Of a stretch of DNA of 64,000 nt, positions 35,750-49,708 are shown piece after piece (the stretch's first letter is position 1; every line of letters begins with the position of its first letter). The stretch is from NCBI GenBank assembly GCA_965240325.2, contig OZ251254.1:799843-863842 (forward strand). The letters are read 5' to 3'. The position numbers and the translations under genes are program-made. This DNA is from Rebecca billardiae RCC1528. Lineage: Eukaryota > Protista > Haptophyta. The notes beneath the pieces were generated by a model, which was not told where the DNA came from, made no database searches, and was given only the letters and a program-made list of their open reading frames with translations.

Positions 35750-36926
35750 TCAATTGTGATGATGATGATGCTGATTGATGACGAAGTCGAAGACTCGTGA
35801 GATGATCGTCATTGTCATCAATGTCATCATTGCATATATGCATGAATAATATATAATACTACGACTCATCGTCGCGTCATCGTCGTCGTCATATATATAT
35901 ATATCATATATATATACGTCGTTAATATATATATATATATGACCACCGCGGTGGCGCGTGCGCGTCGACGCCAGACGTTGCGTCGAGCTTCCGCTCGGCG
36001 ATGGAGTGATGGGCGACTATGAGGGGGGGGGGACGACGGCGAGGAGCGCTGATCCTGGTGTTTGTCTCTGCTGCTCCGATCTGCTGCTACAGCAGCTTGC
36101 TGAAGTCTGACGCCTGCCCGTTGCAGCATACCACGTCCGTTAATATATCTATATCTATACATCTATATATCGCGCATCAGATTATTGCGCCGCGCCGCCA
36201 CGCCTCATCGGATGACGACATCGGACATGACGACGGATGATCGACGACGGACGACGCCGCGGGACGCGAGTCATCATCGGCATCCGCGTGCTCGCTGCGC
36301 TCCGAGCGGCCGGCGCGGCCGCGCGGCGGCACTACTACTACGGCACAGTGAGCAGACGACTGCTACGACTGCGACGACGGACTGTGATGCGAGTGACTCA
36401 GCAGCCGTCTGCCGTGACAGCGCCTATGTACACGTACTAGCCGTCCGCAGCGCGCGCGCCGCAGTCCGATACTTATCGGCCCGGCGGCGTCCCCGGCGCC
36501 GGCGGCGGGTGGCTGTTGGCCCGCGCCGCCGTTGGCGTTGCCACCCGCGGGCAGGGCCCCCGCCCACCGCCATGGGCATCGCGGGCGCGGGCCCGGCGGA
36601 CGCGGGCGATGAGTCCGGGCCGCGGGACGTGACTCAGTGTCGTGACGACCGCCGGCACGTCAGCAGGCAGCGGTGGCGCACCGGCCGCACCCCGGCGGCA
36701 GCGACTGTGGAGCGTGGTGGTGCGGCGTGCTGCTGAGCGCTGCCGAGCGAGCGAGGCGCCAAGGCTGCTGCCAGGGCTGCTGCCAGGGCTGCTGCCAGGG
36801 CTGCCGCCCCTCCCAGCGCGTGTGCGTCCGAGCAGGCCAGCGCAGCGCGTGTGCGCTCGTGGGCCGAGATCGGGTGGCCGCCATGCACCAGCCGCGTGGC
36901 GCGCGGCCCGTGGCCGCACGCGTCTG

Positions 36927-38489
<1,563 letters not shown>

Positions 38490-38635
38490 CGCACGCACCC
38501 ACCGGCGGAGCGCTCAGCGCGGCGCCGAGGTGCAGCGCACGCAGCCGAGTCGCACTACTACTCGTACGGAGGCCGCCCGCACGATGGCGGCGGCGCGCGG
38601 CTGAACCGCTTTTGGGAGGGAGCTTGCTCAGGCTG

Positions 38636-39517
38636 ATGGTCGCGGCGGAGCCGGGCATCCGCGTGCAGTACGCGACGGGCATCGAATCCGGCCCGTCCGA
38701 CGCCAAGGCGCGCGTGCTCGCGCGCGACTTTGCCGTGCGCACGCCGGACATGCGCGTGGGCGCCGCGCGCGCGTGGAAGCGCAACTCGCTCGCGCGCGCC
38801 GCGCTGCGCTCCGGCGGCGGCGCGTGGCTGGGCGTGCTTTCGCTCGCGCTGCTGCTCGCCGCGGCGCGCCCGTCGACGAGCACGCCCGCCCGGCTCGCCG
38901 CCACCACGCTGCTCGTCGCCGCGCTCCGCGCCCTCGTGCGCGAGGGCGTCGCGAATGCGTTCGAGGCGAGCGCCGCCGTGCACCGCGCCGCGCTCGCCGA
39001 CGCGCGGCACGCGCCCGACGTTCTCGTGGGCTCGAGCTGGGGCGCGGCGGTGCTGCTCCGCCTGCGCGACGAGGGCGCGTGGCACGGCCCGATGGTGCTC
39101 ATCGCGCCCGCCGCCGGCCGCGTGCACCGGCTGCTGCCGCGCGCGCGCGCGCGCGCCGACGCGCTGCGCGCGCCGTGGCCGCGCGCGCCGCGCGCCGACG
39201 CGCGCGCGGAGGAGGTGCTGGTCGTGCACGGCGCGCGCGACCCGATCGTGCCGGTGCGCGACTCGGAGGCGCTCTGCGCTGCGCGCGGCTACCGCCTCGT
39301 CGTCGTGCGTGACGGCGGCCACGTGTGCCGCCAAGCGCTCGAGTCGGCGCCGGCAGCGCACGGCGCCAGCCTGGCCGTGCCACCGGGCGCGCGCGCGGAC
39401 GGCAGCGCGCCGCGCAGCGTGCTCGCCGCGCTCGTGCGCGAGCAGGTGCGGCTGGCGCGCGCGCGGGCCGCCGAGTGCGAGGCCGAGGCGTGCGGCGCGC
39501 CGCAGGGCGGGCGATGA
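38636..39517 (+). CDS. Alpha/beta hydrolase (YqiA/UPF0227-like esterase)
   Basis: GIESGPSDAKARVL, nucleophile elbow VGSSWG, VVHGARDPIVP, DGGH. Confidence 0.8.
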   Translation: MVAAEPGIRVQYATGIESGPSDAKARVLARDFAVRTPDMRVGAARAWKRNSLARAALRSGGGAWLGVLSLALLLAAARPSTSTPARLAATTLLVAALRALVREGVANAFEASAAVHRAALADARHAPDVLVGSSWGAAVLLRLRDEGAWHGPMVLIAPAAGRVHRLLPRARARADALRAPWPRAPRADARAEEVLVVHGARDPIVPVRDSEALCAARGYRLVVVRDGGHVCRQALESAPAAHGASLAVPPGARADGSAPRSVLAALVREQVRLARARAAECEAEACGAPQGGR

Positions 39518-39932
39518 CACGCCGCGCGTGGCTCACGGCCGCCGTTTGACGACGTACGTTTTGACGTATAGTCGTTTCCGGCCGTCCGGCGGCACTTTTC
39601 CGTCTCCGATTAATTTTGCCGCCGTTTGCGGTGTTCCGCCGTGCCAATCGGGCGCTAATCTCGTTACTCAGTCCGACGTGAGCCAATGATCTGACACCCA
39701 TGTCACCTGGCTCGGCGGCCAATGAATCATGCCTCAGCTACGTCACGCGGTGTGTCACAATGATCGAGCCGCAGGCGTCAGGACGGGCTCAGCGGGCGGC
39801 GGCAGGCCGTGGCGACGTTCAGGGCCAGGCGGGGCGGCGCTTCAGCCGGGGCGGCGGGGTTCGGAGCGTGTGCTCGGACCACCGCCGCGGGGCGAGCGGG
39901 GCGGCACCTGTGGAGACGTCAGCAAGCCGGGC

Positions 39933-40370
39933 TCAGACAGCCGAGACCACGGAGGCCTGCACCATGAAGCGGCCAGTTCGTCGCAAGCTGCTGGCGCCGC
40001 CCTCGAGCTTGGTCGCCGCGTACAGCCGTCCGCGCATGCCGGCGGAGAGGTTGCGGTGGAGCGGGAGCGGCTCCTGCTTGTGCGCAAGCTTCCGCGGGGA
40101 GGCGCCCAGGCGCATCTCCGCGGTGGAGTGGCTCTTGCGCAGCGCGTTCGTGATGGCGCTCACGATCAGCTTGGGCTCGATCTGCCCGAGCTCGTCCGCG
40201 CCGTCGACGTCGTTGTCCTCGACGGCGGCGAGAGCGGCAGCGTGGTCGCGGTGCGCGGCGCAGCAGAAGGCGAAGCCGTCGAGCATGAAGAGCTCAGAGT
40301 CGGGGGAGAGGCGCCACCCACACAGCGGGCACGTCGTCTCTTGTGTTTGTTGGTCGGGGGACGGCGGCAT
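39933..40370 (-). CDS. Small protein with FLZ (FCS-like zinc finger)-like motif
   Basis: CPLCGWRLSPDSELFMLDGFAFCCAAHR fits Cx2C-x17-FC(S/C)x2(C/H)R. Confidence 0.65.
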   Translation of the reverse strand: MPPSPDQQTQETTCPLCGWRLSPDSELFMLDGFAFCCAAHRDHAAALAAVEDNDVDGADELGQIEPKLIVSAITNALRKSHSTAEMRLGASPRKLAHKQEPLPLHRNLSAGMRGRLYAATKLEGGASSLRRTGRFMVQASVVSAV

Positions 40371-41601
40371 CGGGAAGGTCGCGCGCAATGTGGGTCGGGT
40401 TGGAAGTGGGTGGGTTGAGTCAAGCCGGGGTTGAGTTTTCTCGGTTGAGTAAAACTTATCGGGGTTCGGATGGTTCGTCCGCGATATGATAATGCGGGCG
40501 CGTCAAACCCCCCTATGCGTATGCGAGCGGGTAGTTTTCAAGCGCGTTCTTGCACTTTTCGCTTGAGTGCGCACCCGTGTTGCAGCCTGAATGTCTAATT
40601 GTAGGTCCCGATTTGGAGGCTCCGCATTCAACGTCTTTGTTATGAAAATCATTATATCGACGAAATGTACGAGCGACCTGAAAAGTAGATCCGGGTTTGC
40701 TGCTATGTATTCAGGCCGGTCGCTTCCAAGTGGATTGTATCGACGAATCTCGGCCGTTGTACCCGCTTCGCAGAGTACCCGGATTCGCAGACCTACCCAG
40801 TGCTTCTATGATCGATCGTCAACGTTTCATACTCATCAACAGCCCAATACAAGGAGGAATTCTGAAATTCCGTAGCAAACCAGCGCACCTGTATCGGACG
40901 AACTTCTCACATGCGAAAGCAGTCAAATTCTCACATATGGGACTGGGTACGTCAGCAAAGCATTCGAACACTGCTCACGACGCCTGGTCATCTATTAATG
41001 AACGATACAGGACTCGCAAACAGTCACGACTGTTCATCAATCTTGCATTGGCGTGATTCTCCAACCGATTTTCGAGCTTCTTGGGGATTCAATAATAATC
41101 GATTTGTCCACACCGGTGTCCGCCTGTCCGGCGCCACCCGAACCAAGGTTGTCAGTCCGGGAAAATAGCCCGGAAATCCGGAATCGAATCCCGGAATCCG
41201 AGGCATTGCAGAATCCGGGCCGGCTTATGCCGGGCCGTGCCCATTACGACATCCGGCAGCAAGCGGACTTATGCCGCACTCCGGTGCACTTGGGCCAGAC
41301 TCAGAGTGCCGAACGCAAACCGACCGGGGCCACGCATGCACTAGTCACTAGCGCGTCGGCGTGCGGCAGCAACGCGCTCCAACAGTAGCACCGGTCGCCG
41401 CACTCGTATTGGCATCCGGCGTGACATGGGTTACTCCATCGCGGGTGGCGACGATCATACACGCCATCTGTCCGAGCGCCGTCGCAAGCCGGTGAAGCCC
41501 GCGTGCGCGCCCGGAGCCGCGGCTCCGCCCCGGCTCAATCGCTCGGTCGGCGCGTCCTACGAGTGCTTCCGCAGCCAGACGGGCCTGCCAGCGCGGCGGG
41601 C

Positions 41602-42458
41602 CTAGTCGTCACGCAGACCGAGCAGCAGCTTGGTGCGCTGGTATATGGGGTCGAGCGCCTTGTCGTACGGGTGCTCCTTCGAGGGCACCTCGAGGATGGC
41701 CGGCCGCTTCTCGCCGCGCTCCGCCCACTTGTCGAGCGTGCTGCGCATCTCGTGTGCGATCTGCGCGCGCAGTCAAAGGGCGCGGCGGCGGGCGCGCGCG
41801 GCGGGCTCAGCGCGGCGAGGGGCGAGCGTCGCGCGACGCGCGCGCGCGCGCGCACGCACGTATTGGTTGATGAGCAGCACGGAGATGCGCGGGTCGTTGC
41901 AGAACTTGAAGAAGGCGTCCTCGATCTGCGTCGAGGTCGTCTCTGCACGCGCACACGCGCGCACGCACGCACACGCGCACGCACGCAGAGGCTCAGACGC
42001 GGCGGGCGGGCTCGGCCGAGCGCGCGCGAGCGGCCGGTCGCGGGCTCCCGCGCGGCGAGGCCGCCAGCCCCACGAGTGCACCGCGCGACACGGACGGCGC
42101 CGCCACCACCACCCGCGGCGTGCGCGCACTCGCGTCGACGACGAGGAAGTTGGAGTTGCGCTTCTCGTCGGTGTTGCCGCAGCCGGCGAGGAGCATGCCC
42201 GTCACCGTGTCGTCATCCCCGATGATGGCCAGCAGGCCGTCGCTGCTCCCCTTGAAGACCGACTTCTCCGGCCTGCGAGCCAGCGCGCGCGCGCGCGTAC
42301 GGGGGAGCGCGCCCGCCGGCCAGAGGCGCGCGTGAGCCGAGCGCTCCGGCCGAGCTGCGCGCGGCGGCGGATGCGCCCCGCCCAGCTCGCCGTGCGCGCC
42401 CTGCACGCGCTCTGCGCCCGCGCCAGCGCGCGCATCGGCACGCCGATGGCGCGCACAT
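41602..42458 (-). CDS. ATP6V1F: V-type H+-ATPase subunit F (4 exons; ATG split by first intron)
   Basis: LLAIIGDDDTVTGMLLAGCG, NFLVVD, IEDAFFKF, LLINQYIA, PAILEVPSKEHPYD. Confidence 0.93.
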
Positions 42459-42791
42459 GGCTGCTGCTCGGCCCCTGCAGCCCGAAGATGAGGTGCTCCC
42501 TCGGCGGCCCCGAGATGATGCCTGGCTGCCTGCTGACCAGGGCAGTCCGGCTCGCCGGCTGAAGCGCGGGCCTGGCCGTGAGTCCGGGGCACAAGGACGG
42601 GTGGATCCGACGAAACTGAAACGGCGGTTTCCTCGGCCGGTGTGTTGCACCCGGTGCAGCAGTTCCCAAGCAGCAGGCGGCGCAATGGTGGTGTCGCGCC
42701 GCTGCAGCTGCTGAGCTTGCGGCGCGCGCATACCCTCCGCCCCCCGCTCAGCCGCACCCACCGCGCCCCCCCCCCCCCGCGCGCAAGCGCC

Positions 42792-45700
42792 ATGTCGTCG
42801 ACGAGCGGCGCGCCCGGCGGCGGCCCGCGCCGCGCGCTCACCACGTCGCACGTCGCGCTGCCGCCGCCTTTGGGCGCGGCGCCGTCGCCCGGCGGCGGCG
42901 CGGCGCCGGCGCGGCGCGTGACGACGGCGCCGGGCGGGCGGCGCGCGGGGCGCGCGTCGCCGCCGCAGCGCGGTCGCTCGTTCGTGCGCGCGCCCTCCGC
43001 CTCGCTCCACGACGTCCCCGCCCTCTCCGTCGACCGCACCGCGTGGATGCGCGCGGACATGACGCCGTTCACCTCGCGCTCCTCCGCGATGCAGCGGCTG
43101 CGCTCGCGGCCGACGCCGAAGCAGCTGCTCGCGGACATCGAGGACATGCTCGTGGAGACGGAGGAGGAGAAGAGCCGCGAAGGCGCCGCGGCCGTCGCGC
43201 TGCTGCGCGACGTGCAGGCGCGGCGCAGGTGGCAGCCGCCCGGCCGCGCGCACGCGGCACGCCTGCCGCACGCGCGCGGCGCGCAGACGGCGCAAGAGCA
43301 CACGCGCGCGGTGCTGGGGCTGAACCGGATGGTGCAGTCGCAGCTGCGGCGCAACGTGCTCGACGAGTTCCGCTCCTCCGACTTTGCGCACAACCCGCTC
43401 GTCGAGGACGACGAGGCGGCGGCGGCGGAGGCGGAGGCGGCGGCCGCGGCCGAGGCGCAGCAGGCGGAGGCCGCGCTGCTCGACGGCGGCGCCGCCGCCG
43501 CCGCCGACGGCGAGCCGCGCGGCTCGGCGCCCGGCGGCGGCGGCGGCGGCGTGGGCGGCGGGAGCCCGCCCTCGCCCACCGACGCGCTGCAGCCGTGGCA
43601 GACCTACCTGCTCGAGGCGAGCGCCGCGCCGCCCGGCGGCGGCGGCTCGCCGCTCGGGCGGCGCGGCTCGAGCGCGACGCTCGGGCGGCGCAGCTCGTGG
43701 CTGGGGCTGGGCGCGGCGGAGCACGGCGGGCAGCAGCCGCGCTCGTTTCGGGGCGCGCTGCCGGGCGGCTCGCCCACGCTCGGCGTGCCGTCGCTCGGCA
43801 CGCCGCGCGCCGCCGGCGCGGCCGGCGCCACCGAGCTGGGCACGCCGCAGCTGGGCACGCCGCGCGCGGGCTCGGCGCTCGCCCCCGCCTCGCCACCCCG
43901 CGCGGCCGCGGCGGCGTTCGCGCTGCCGGGGCCGTCGGCGGCGGCGGACGGCGGCGGCGGCGGCGGCGGCTCGCCGTCGGCCGCCGCGCCGGGCGCGTCG
44001 GCGCGCGCCCTCGGCTTCCGCGCGCGCCGCGCCTCCGCGCTCTCCTCGTGCGCGTCCGAGGGCGGCGGCGGCGGCTCGTCAGCGGCGGAGGGCGAGGGTG
44101 CGGAGGGCGCGGACGGCGCTGACGGGCCGATGGACGAGCTGGCCGCCCTCACGCGCGGCGGCGGCGTGTCCGACCTGCTCGCGCTGAAGCGGCAGGTGCG
44201 CGCGGCCGACACCGACGGCAGCGGCGCGCTCGAGATCGACGAGTTCGTCGAGGCCGTCGGCGCGCTCTGGGCGGGCCGCGCCAAGGCCTCGCGCTCGCAG
44301 CTGCGCAAGTTGTTCCTGCAGATCGACGCCAACTCAGACGGGGTCGTCTCGTGGGAGGAGCTCGTGACGTTCCTGCTGCTCAAGGACCAGAGCGCGCAGG
44401 AGGGGCAGTCGTCGCGGTACGCGCTCGACCACCTGCCGTACGACGAGCTGCACTCCACGCACGCCCACCCCGCCACGCACGTGCTGGCGCTGGCCGAGCG
44501 CGCCAAGTACGTGACTGTCTCGAGGGACGGCACGCTGCGCTCGTGGCAGCGGGACGGGCTGCGGCACCAGCACACGGTGCCGCTGGGGCCGGGCTGGGTG
44601 AGCGCGGCGCTGTACGTGCAGCCGTCCAAGCGGATCGCGCTCGCCTCCGCCCACCGCGAGCTCGTCCTCTACGACTCGCTCTTCTACCGGCAGGCCTCGC
44701 GCGTGCGGCTGCCGTTTGTGCCTCAGGCGCTGTACCACCACGCGCTGCCGGCCACGGCGGGCGGGCAGGGCGGGATCGAGGCGTCGCGGCTGCTGGTGGG
44801 CGACCAGGCGGGCTGCGTGCACGTGATCGAGTGGGAGCCGCTCGTGCACGCCAACGCGCTGCACCGCACCGCCACCCACCGCGTCGCCACCGACTGGGTG
44901 GAGCAGATCGCCTACGCCGAGTCGCTCAACGGCTTCCTGGTGGCGTCTGCGGACGGGTCGGTGCGCGTGCTGGACGAGTACTCGCTGCGGCAGCAGGCGG
45001 CGATCTGGAACCCGAGCCGGCGCGCGGTGCACTCGGTCGCGTGGTCGCCCTCGCACAACATCGTCGCGAGCGCGGGCGCCGAGCGCCACGTGCACCTCTG
45101 GTCCGCCTCGATCCCGTGGCCGGTGGCGACACTGTACGGGCACGCGGCGGCGGTGGTGCAGGTGCTGGCGTCGCAGCGCTCGGGGCAGCTCGTCACGCTC
45201 GCGGCGGACCACACGGTGAAGATCTGGGACACGCGCACGCACCGCGCGCTGCAGACGCTCGTGCCGCCGCGCGGCCAGCCCGCCACGTGCGCGCTGCTCG
45301 ACGAGGCGCGCGAGGCCATCGTGACGGCGGGCGCGCGGCCGGTCGTGTGGTCGAGCGTGCTGCGGCAGGCGGCAGACGCGGCGGGCGGCGCCGGCGGCGG
45401 CGGCGCGGTGAACGCGGGGCCCGGCGGCGCGGAGGCGGACGCGGGCGCGGACGGCGAGGGCGGTGGTGGCGCCGAGGGCGGCGGCGGCGCCGGCGGCGCG
45501 GACGCGCACGCGGCCGGCGGCGCGGGCGGCGGCGGCGCGCGGCCGCGCGCGCCCAAGGGCGTGCGCGCGCGCGCCTTCCCCTGGCTGACGGCTGAGCTGA
45601 TCCTCAGCCTGAGGGCGGGGGTGCAGAGGCGGCTGGCCGCGCAGGGCGGGCTCGAGGGCGGGGCGGACGGGGTGGAGGGGGCGCCCGCCGCCGAGGGCGC

Positions 45701-46595
45701 CGCCGCCGCCGCTGACGAGGCCGCGCCCGCCGCGGCCGCCGACCCGGCCGCGCAGCAGCAGCAGCAGCCGCAGCCGCAGCCGCAGCGCGCGAGCCGGCGC
45801 GCGAGCGCGCTCGGGCGGCGCGCGAGCACGCGCGCGGCCGCGCAGGCGGCGGGCGCGCCCGCCGCGGCGGACGGCTCCTTCGCGCTGGACCAGGCGGCGA
45901 TGCTCGACGCCGCGATCGCCGCGCGGCTCGGCGCGCCCTCCGCCGAGACGGCGCAGACCCCGGCCGAGGCGGCGATGAACGCCGCCACCCACGCGGCCCT
46001 CACGCAGCTGATCGCCGAGCCGGCTGCGCCCGCGCACCCCGAGCGGATCGTGACGGCGGTGGCGAGCGCGCAGTTCGAGCTGCTGCTCAGCGTGGACCAG
46101 GCCGCGTCGGTGCGCGCGTGGCGCTCCGACACGGGCGCGCCCGCCTTCCGCTTCCACGCCCACGCCGGCGTGAAGGTGACCGCGGCCGCGCTGGACACGC
46201 TGGGCCGCCGGCTGCTGGTCGGCTCTGCGGACGGACACGTGCGCGTGTGGAACTTCTCGTCGGGGCAGTGCCTGCTCGACTGCCTGCCGCCGCGGCTGGA
46301 CGCGAGCCACGCGGGGCGGCGGCGCGGCGCGCGCGGGCCCTCGCGCGGGCCGCCCACCGCCACCGCCGAGCGCGCCGCCGCGCGCGCGCGCGGCGCGAGC
46401 ACGCGCTCGCGCTCCGCGTCGCCGCCGCTCGCCGGCCGGCGCGCGCGCCGCCGCAGCCGCCCGCCCTCCGCCGCCGGCGCCAAGGACGGCAAGGACGGCG
46501 GCGGCGCGGAGGCGGGGGCGGCGGCGGCGGGCGCGCGCCCCGCCGCCACCGCCGCCGCCGCCACCGCCTCCGCCGCCGCCGCGCTCGCGGCCGCG

Positions 46596-46628
<33 letters not shown>

Positions 46629-49063
46629 GAGGAGGCGGAGGCGCTCGAGCTGAGCGTCGTGCTGGCGGTGCGCGAGGGGCCGTTCAGCCTGCTGCTGGGC
46701 GCGGGGGCGGCGGACAGCATCTGGGTGTGGCCCGACGAGCCCGAGCTCACGCAGGCGGGCGGGCAGGTGGAGTGCCAGCGCGTCCTCCCCGCCGTGGACG
46801 ACGTCCTCTCCCTCGCCTTTGCCGCGCCCAACAACCTGGTGGTCGGCTGCTACGGCGGGCTGCTGCTGGTGTACAACCTCGACTCGTTCGCGCTGAGGCT
46901 GCGGCTCTCGCACGCGACCAACGGGGCGATCCTGACGGCGGCGCAGCTGGCGAGCGTGCCCGGCGGCGCGGAGGGCGCGGACGACGCCGACGCCGCCCGC
47001 GGCAGCGCCTCGGCCGAGCGGCTCGGGCTGTGGGTGTGGGGCGGCGGGAAGGGCGCGGGCGGCGCACACGCGGCGGCGGGCGCGGCGGCCGTGCCGACGA
47101 CCGCGGCGGCGGCGGCGGCGGCGGCGGACATTCAGGGGCGGCGGCGCTCGGCGTTCGACCTGCCGCCCGACACGCCCGCCTCCGAGGCGCTCGCCGTCGC
47201 CGCCACCGCCGCCTCCACCGACCGCGCCGTGACCGCGCTGTGCGTGCTGGGCGCGCTCGTGAACGCGTCCGGCTTCCCGCAGCTGCTGGCGAGCGCGGGC
47301 GGCGACGGCCAGCTGCGGCTGTGGCACCTGGTGAACGCGCGGCTGCTGGCGCGGTGCGAGGTGGCGCCGTCGGGCGTGCCGCTGCTCTGCGTCTCCTTCT
47401 ACGCGCCGCTCCGCCTGCTCCTCCTCGGCGACGCGGAGGGCGGCGTGCACGTGCTCTCCATCGCCGCGACCCTCTCCTCGCTCACCAAGCAGCCGAGCAG
47501 GCAGCCGCCCGCGCCCAGGCTGCTGCTCAGCTGGCGCGGGCACTGGGCGGCGGTGGCGGCGATCTCGGCGTTCGACGACGCGCCGCCCTCGGACCCCGCG
47601 CCCGCGCCGCCGCCGCCGCCGCCGGGCGGCTCGCCCGCCGCGGGCGGCGGCGCGGCGGGCGCGCGCGCGCGCCGCACGCCCACGCCCGCACCCAAGGGCG
47701 GCGCCGCCGGCGCCGCCGACGCGGCCGGCGGCGTCGCGTCGACGGAGCCGCCGCTCGCGCTTGCGGGCGTGCGCCACTTTGTGTGCACCGCCGCGCGCGA
47801 CGGCACCGTGCGCGTCTTCGGCCTCGACGGCTCCTTCGTCGGCGCGCTCGGCTCGGAGTGCTGGCGGCTGCGGCGCAAGAGCAGCTACCACCGCGTCGGA
47901 CTGCCGCCGAGCGCGGTGCGCGTCTCCACGGGCCGCGCGGCGTGGCAGGTGGTCGAGGAGTCGACGCTGCCGCTCGTCGTGACGGCCGCGGCGTTCCAGC
48001 GCGCGGCGGCGCTCAAGGCGGCCGTCGCCGCGACGCGGCTCGCCGCCGGCCTCGGCGGCGGCGGCGGCGGCGGCGCGGCGGGCGCCGAGGGCGCGGGCGG
48101 CGCCTCGTTTGGCGGAGGACGCTTCTCGCAGCGCGCCGCGGCGAGGCGCGCCGCCGCCGCGGCCGAGGCGGGCGAGGCCGCCGCGCCGGCCGAGGCCGCG
48201 CGCGCCGCCCCCGCGTCGACGATGTTTGGCGCGCTCGCCGCCCTCAAGCAGCAGCAGCAGCAGCCGCAGCCGCAGCCGGCGGCAGCGCCCGCCGCCGCGC
48301 CCGCCGCCGCGCCGCCCGCCGCCGCCGCCAAGCCGCCGCCGCCGCGCGACGACGACGACGAGCTGCAGGCTGAGTGGATGCGGCTGCGGGACGACCAGGT
48401 GAAGGCGAGCGTGACCGAGAAGCTCTCCAAGACGGCCGCCGCCGGCGCCGAGTACGGTGCGCGCGCGCGCCCGCGCTGCGCGCGAGCGTCGCGCGCGGCG
48501 CGCCTCCCCCGCGCGCTGAGCGCGGCTCGGCCGTTGCGCGCGCCCGCGCCCGCGCTGCCGGGGCCGTGCGCCGTGGCGCGCGCAGGCGCCAAGCTCGCGG
48601 AGGTGCTGCAGATCTCCGCGACGGAGGGCTTCCTGCTCGCGCGCGAGAAGGCGCGCGTGGGCGACTTTGGCCCGCGCGGCGCCAAGCAGATCGTCATCCG
48701 CACCGCGCCGCTCGCCGAGGTGGTCGACCCGTCGACCAACCCGGAGCGCAGCGCGCGGCACGCGGAGCGCGAGCGCACGCTCAAGCCCAACACCGGGCTG
48801 ATGGCGGGCGGCGAGGCGAGCAAGCGCGCGGCCGTCGACCCGAAGGTGCGAGCGCGCGGCGCGCGAGCGCGCTGCCCGCCTCCGCGGCGGCGCGCCGCTC
48901 ACGCGCGCGCCCGCCGCCCTGGCCGTCCCTTGCGCCCTTTCGGTTGGTGCGCTGCTGCGCTGCTGCGCCGCAGGTGGTGGACCAGTACGCGCCCGGGCTG
49001 TGCCAGTGGCTCTTTGCGCCCACGCGCACCATCGAGACGGACGGCACGCGCCGGCCCGACTAG
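42792..49063 (+). CDS. Large EF-hand plus WD40-repeat protein (WDR49/EFCAB8-like); several introns
   Basis: DTDGSGALEIDEF and DANSDGVVSWEE EF-hands; many GH...WD/W repeats; introns near 43219-43287, 48457-48585, 48846-48973. Confidence 0.85.
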
Positions 49064-49708
49064 CGCGACGCCGCTCGGCGCTGGCTGCTTGCTGCTCAGC
49101 GCAGGCCGAGGTGCCCAGCCTGCAGCGCCGCGGGCTGTGCTGAGCCTGTGAGTCCGACTGGGACCGGCCGACTGCGTAGACGGTCCGCTGCGTGCGAGGC
49201 TGGGCCGTTGTGGCTCACTCCAAGTCCAGATACGACCAGTGATGCTGGTATCAAGCCGCACGCACTCCGCGAGAGCTCAGTCGGGCCGCCATTGTTTCGA
49301 TCCGCCCGGAATGGCAGTCGGGGAGCTCTCCAACGGAGGGGGGAACGGATGTCGGATTCCCGCACGATGGCGGTCGTCCGCGATAGCCTCACTCGACGCG
49401 TCAATTGGACATATTCGCCTCGTCGCGCCCACCTTGGCGCGACCGCGAGACTACCAGCGCGGGCGACCCGCCACGCTCTGTGACGGTGCCGACCTCATCG
49501 CCTCGACCGCGCGGTCCGGACGCGCGGACCCCTACCCGCGGCACCGAGTCCGACCCTACGGCCAGGCGGCGGCCCCCAGCTGATCCGACACGGACTGATC
49601 AGCCCCGGTGGCAGGCCACAGACGCGGGCGCGGATCGGGTGTCGACGCCCTCTCGCACACTCGGCGTCCAGCCCGGTCTGCCGCGCGGCCGCCCTCCTCG
49701 TCTCCGCC

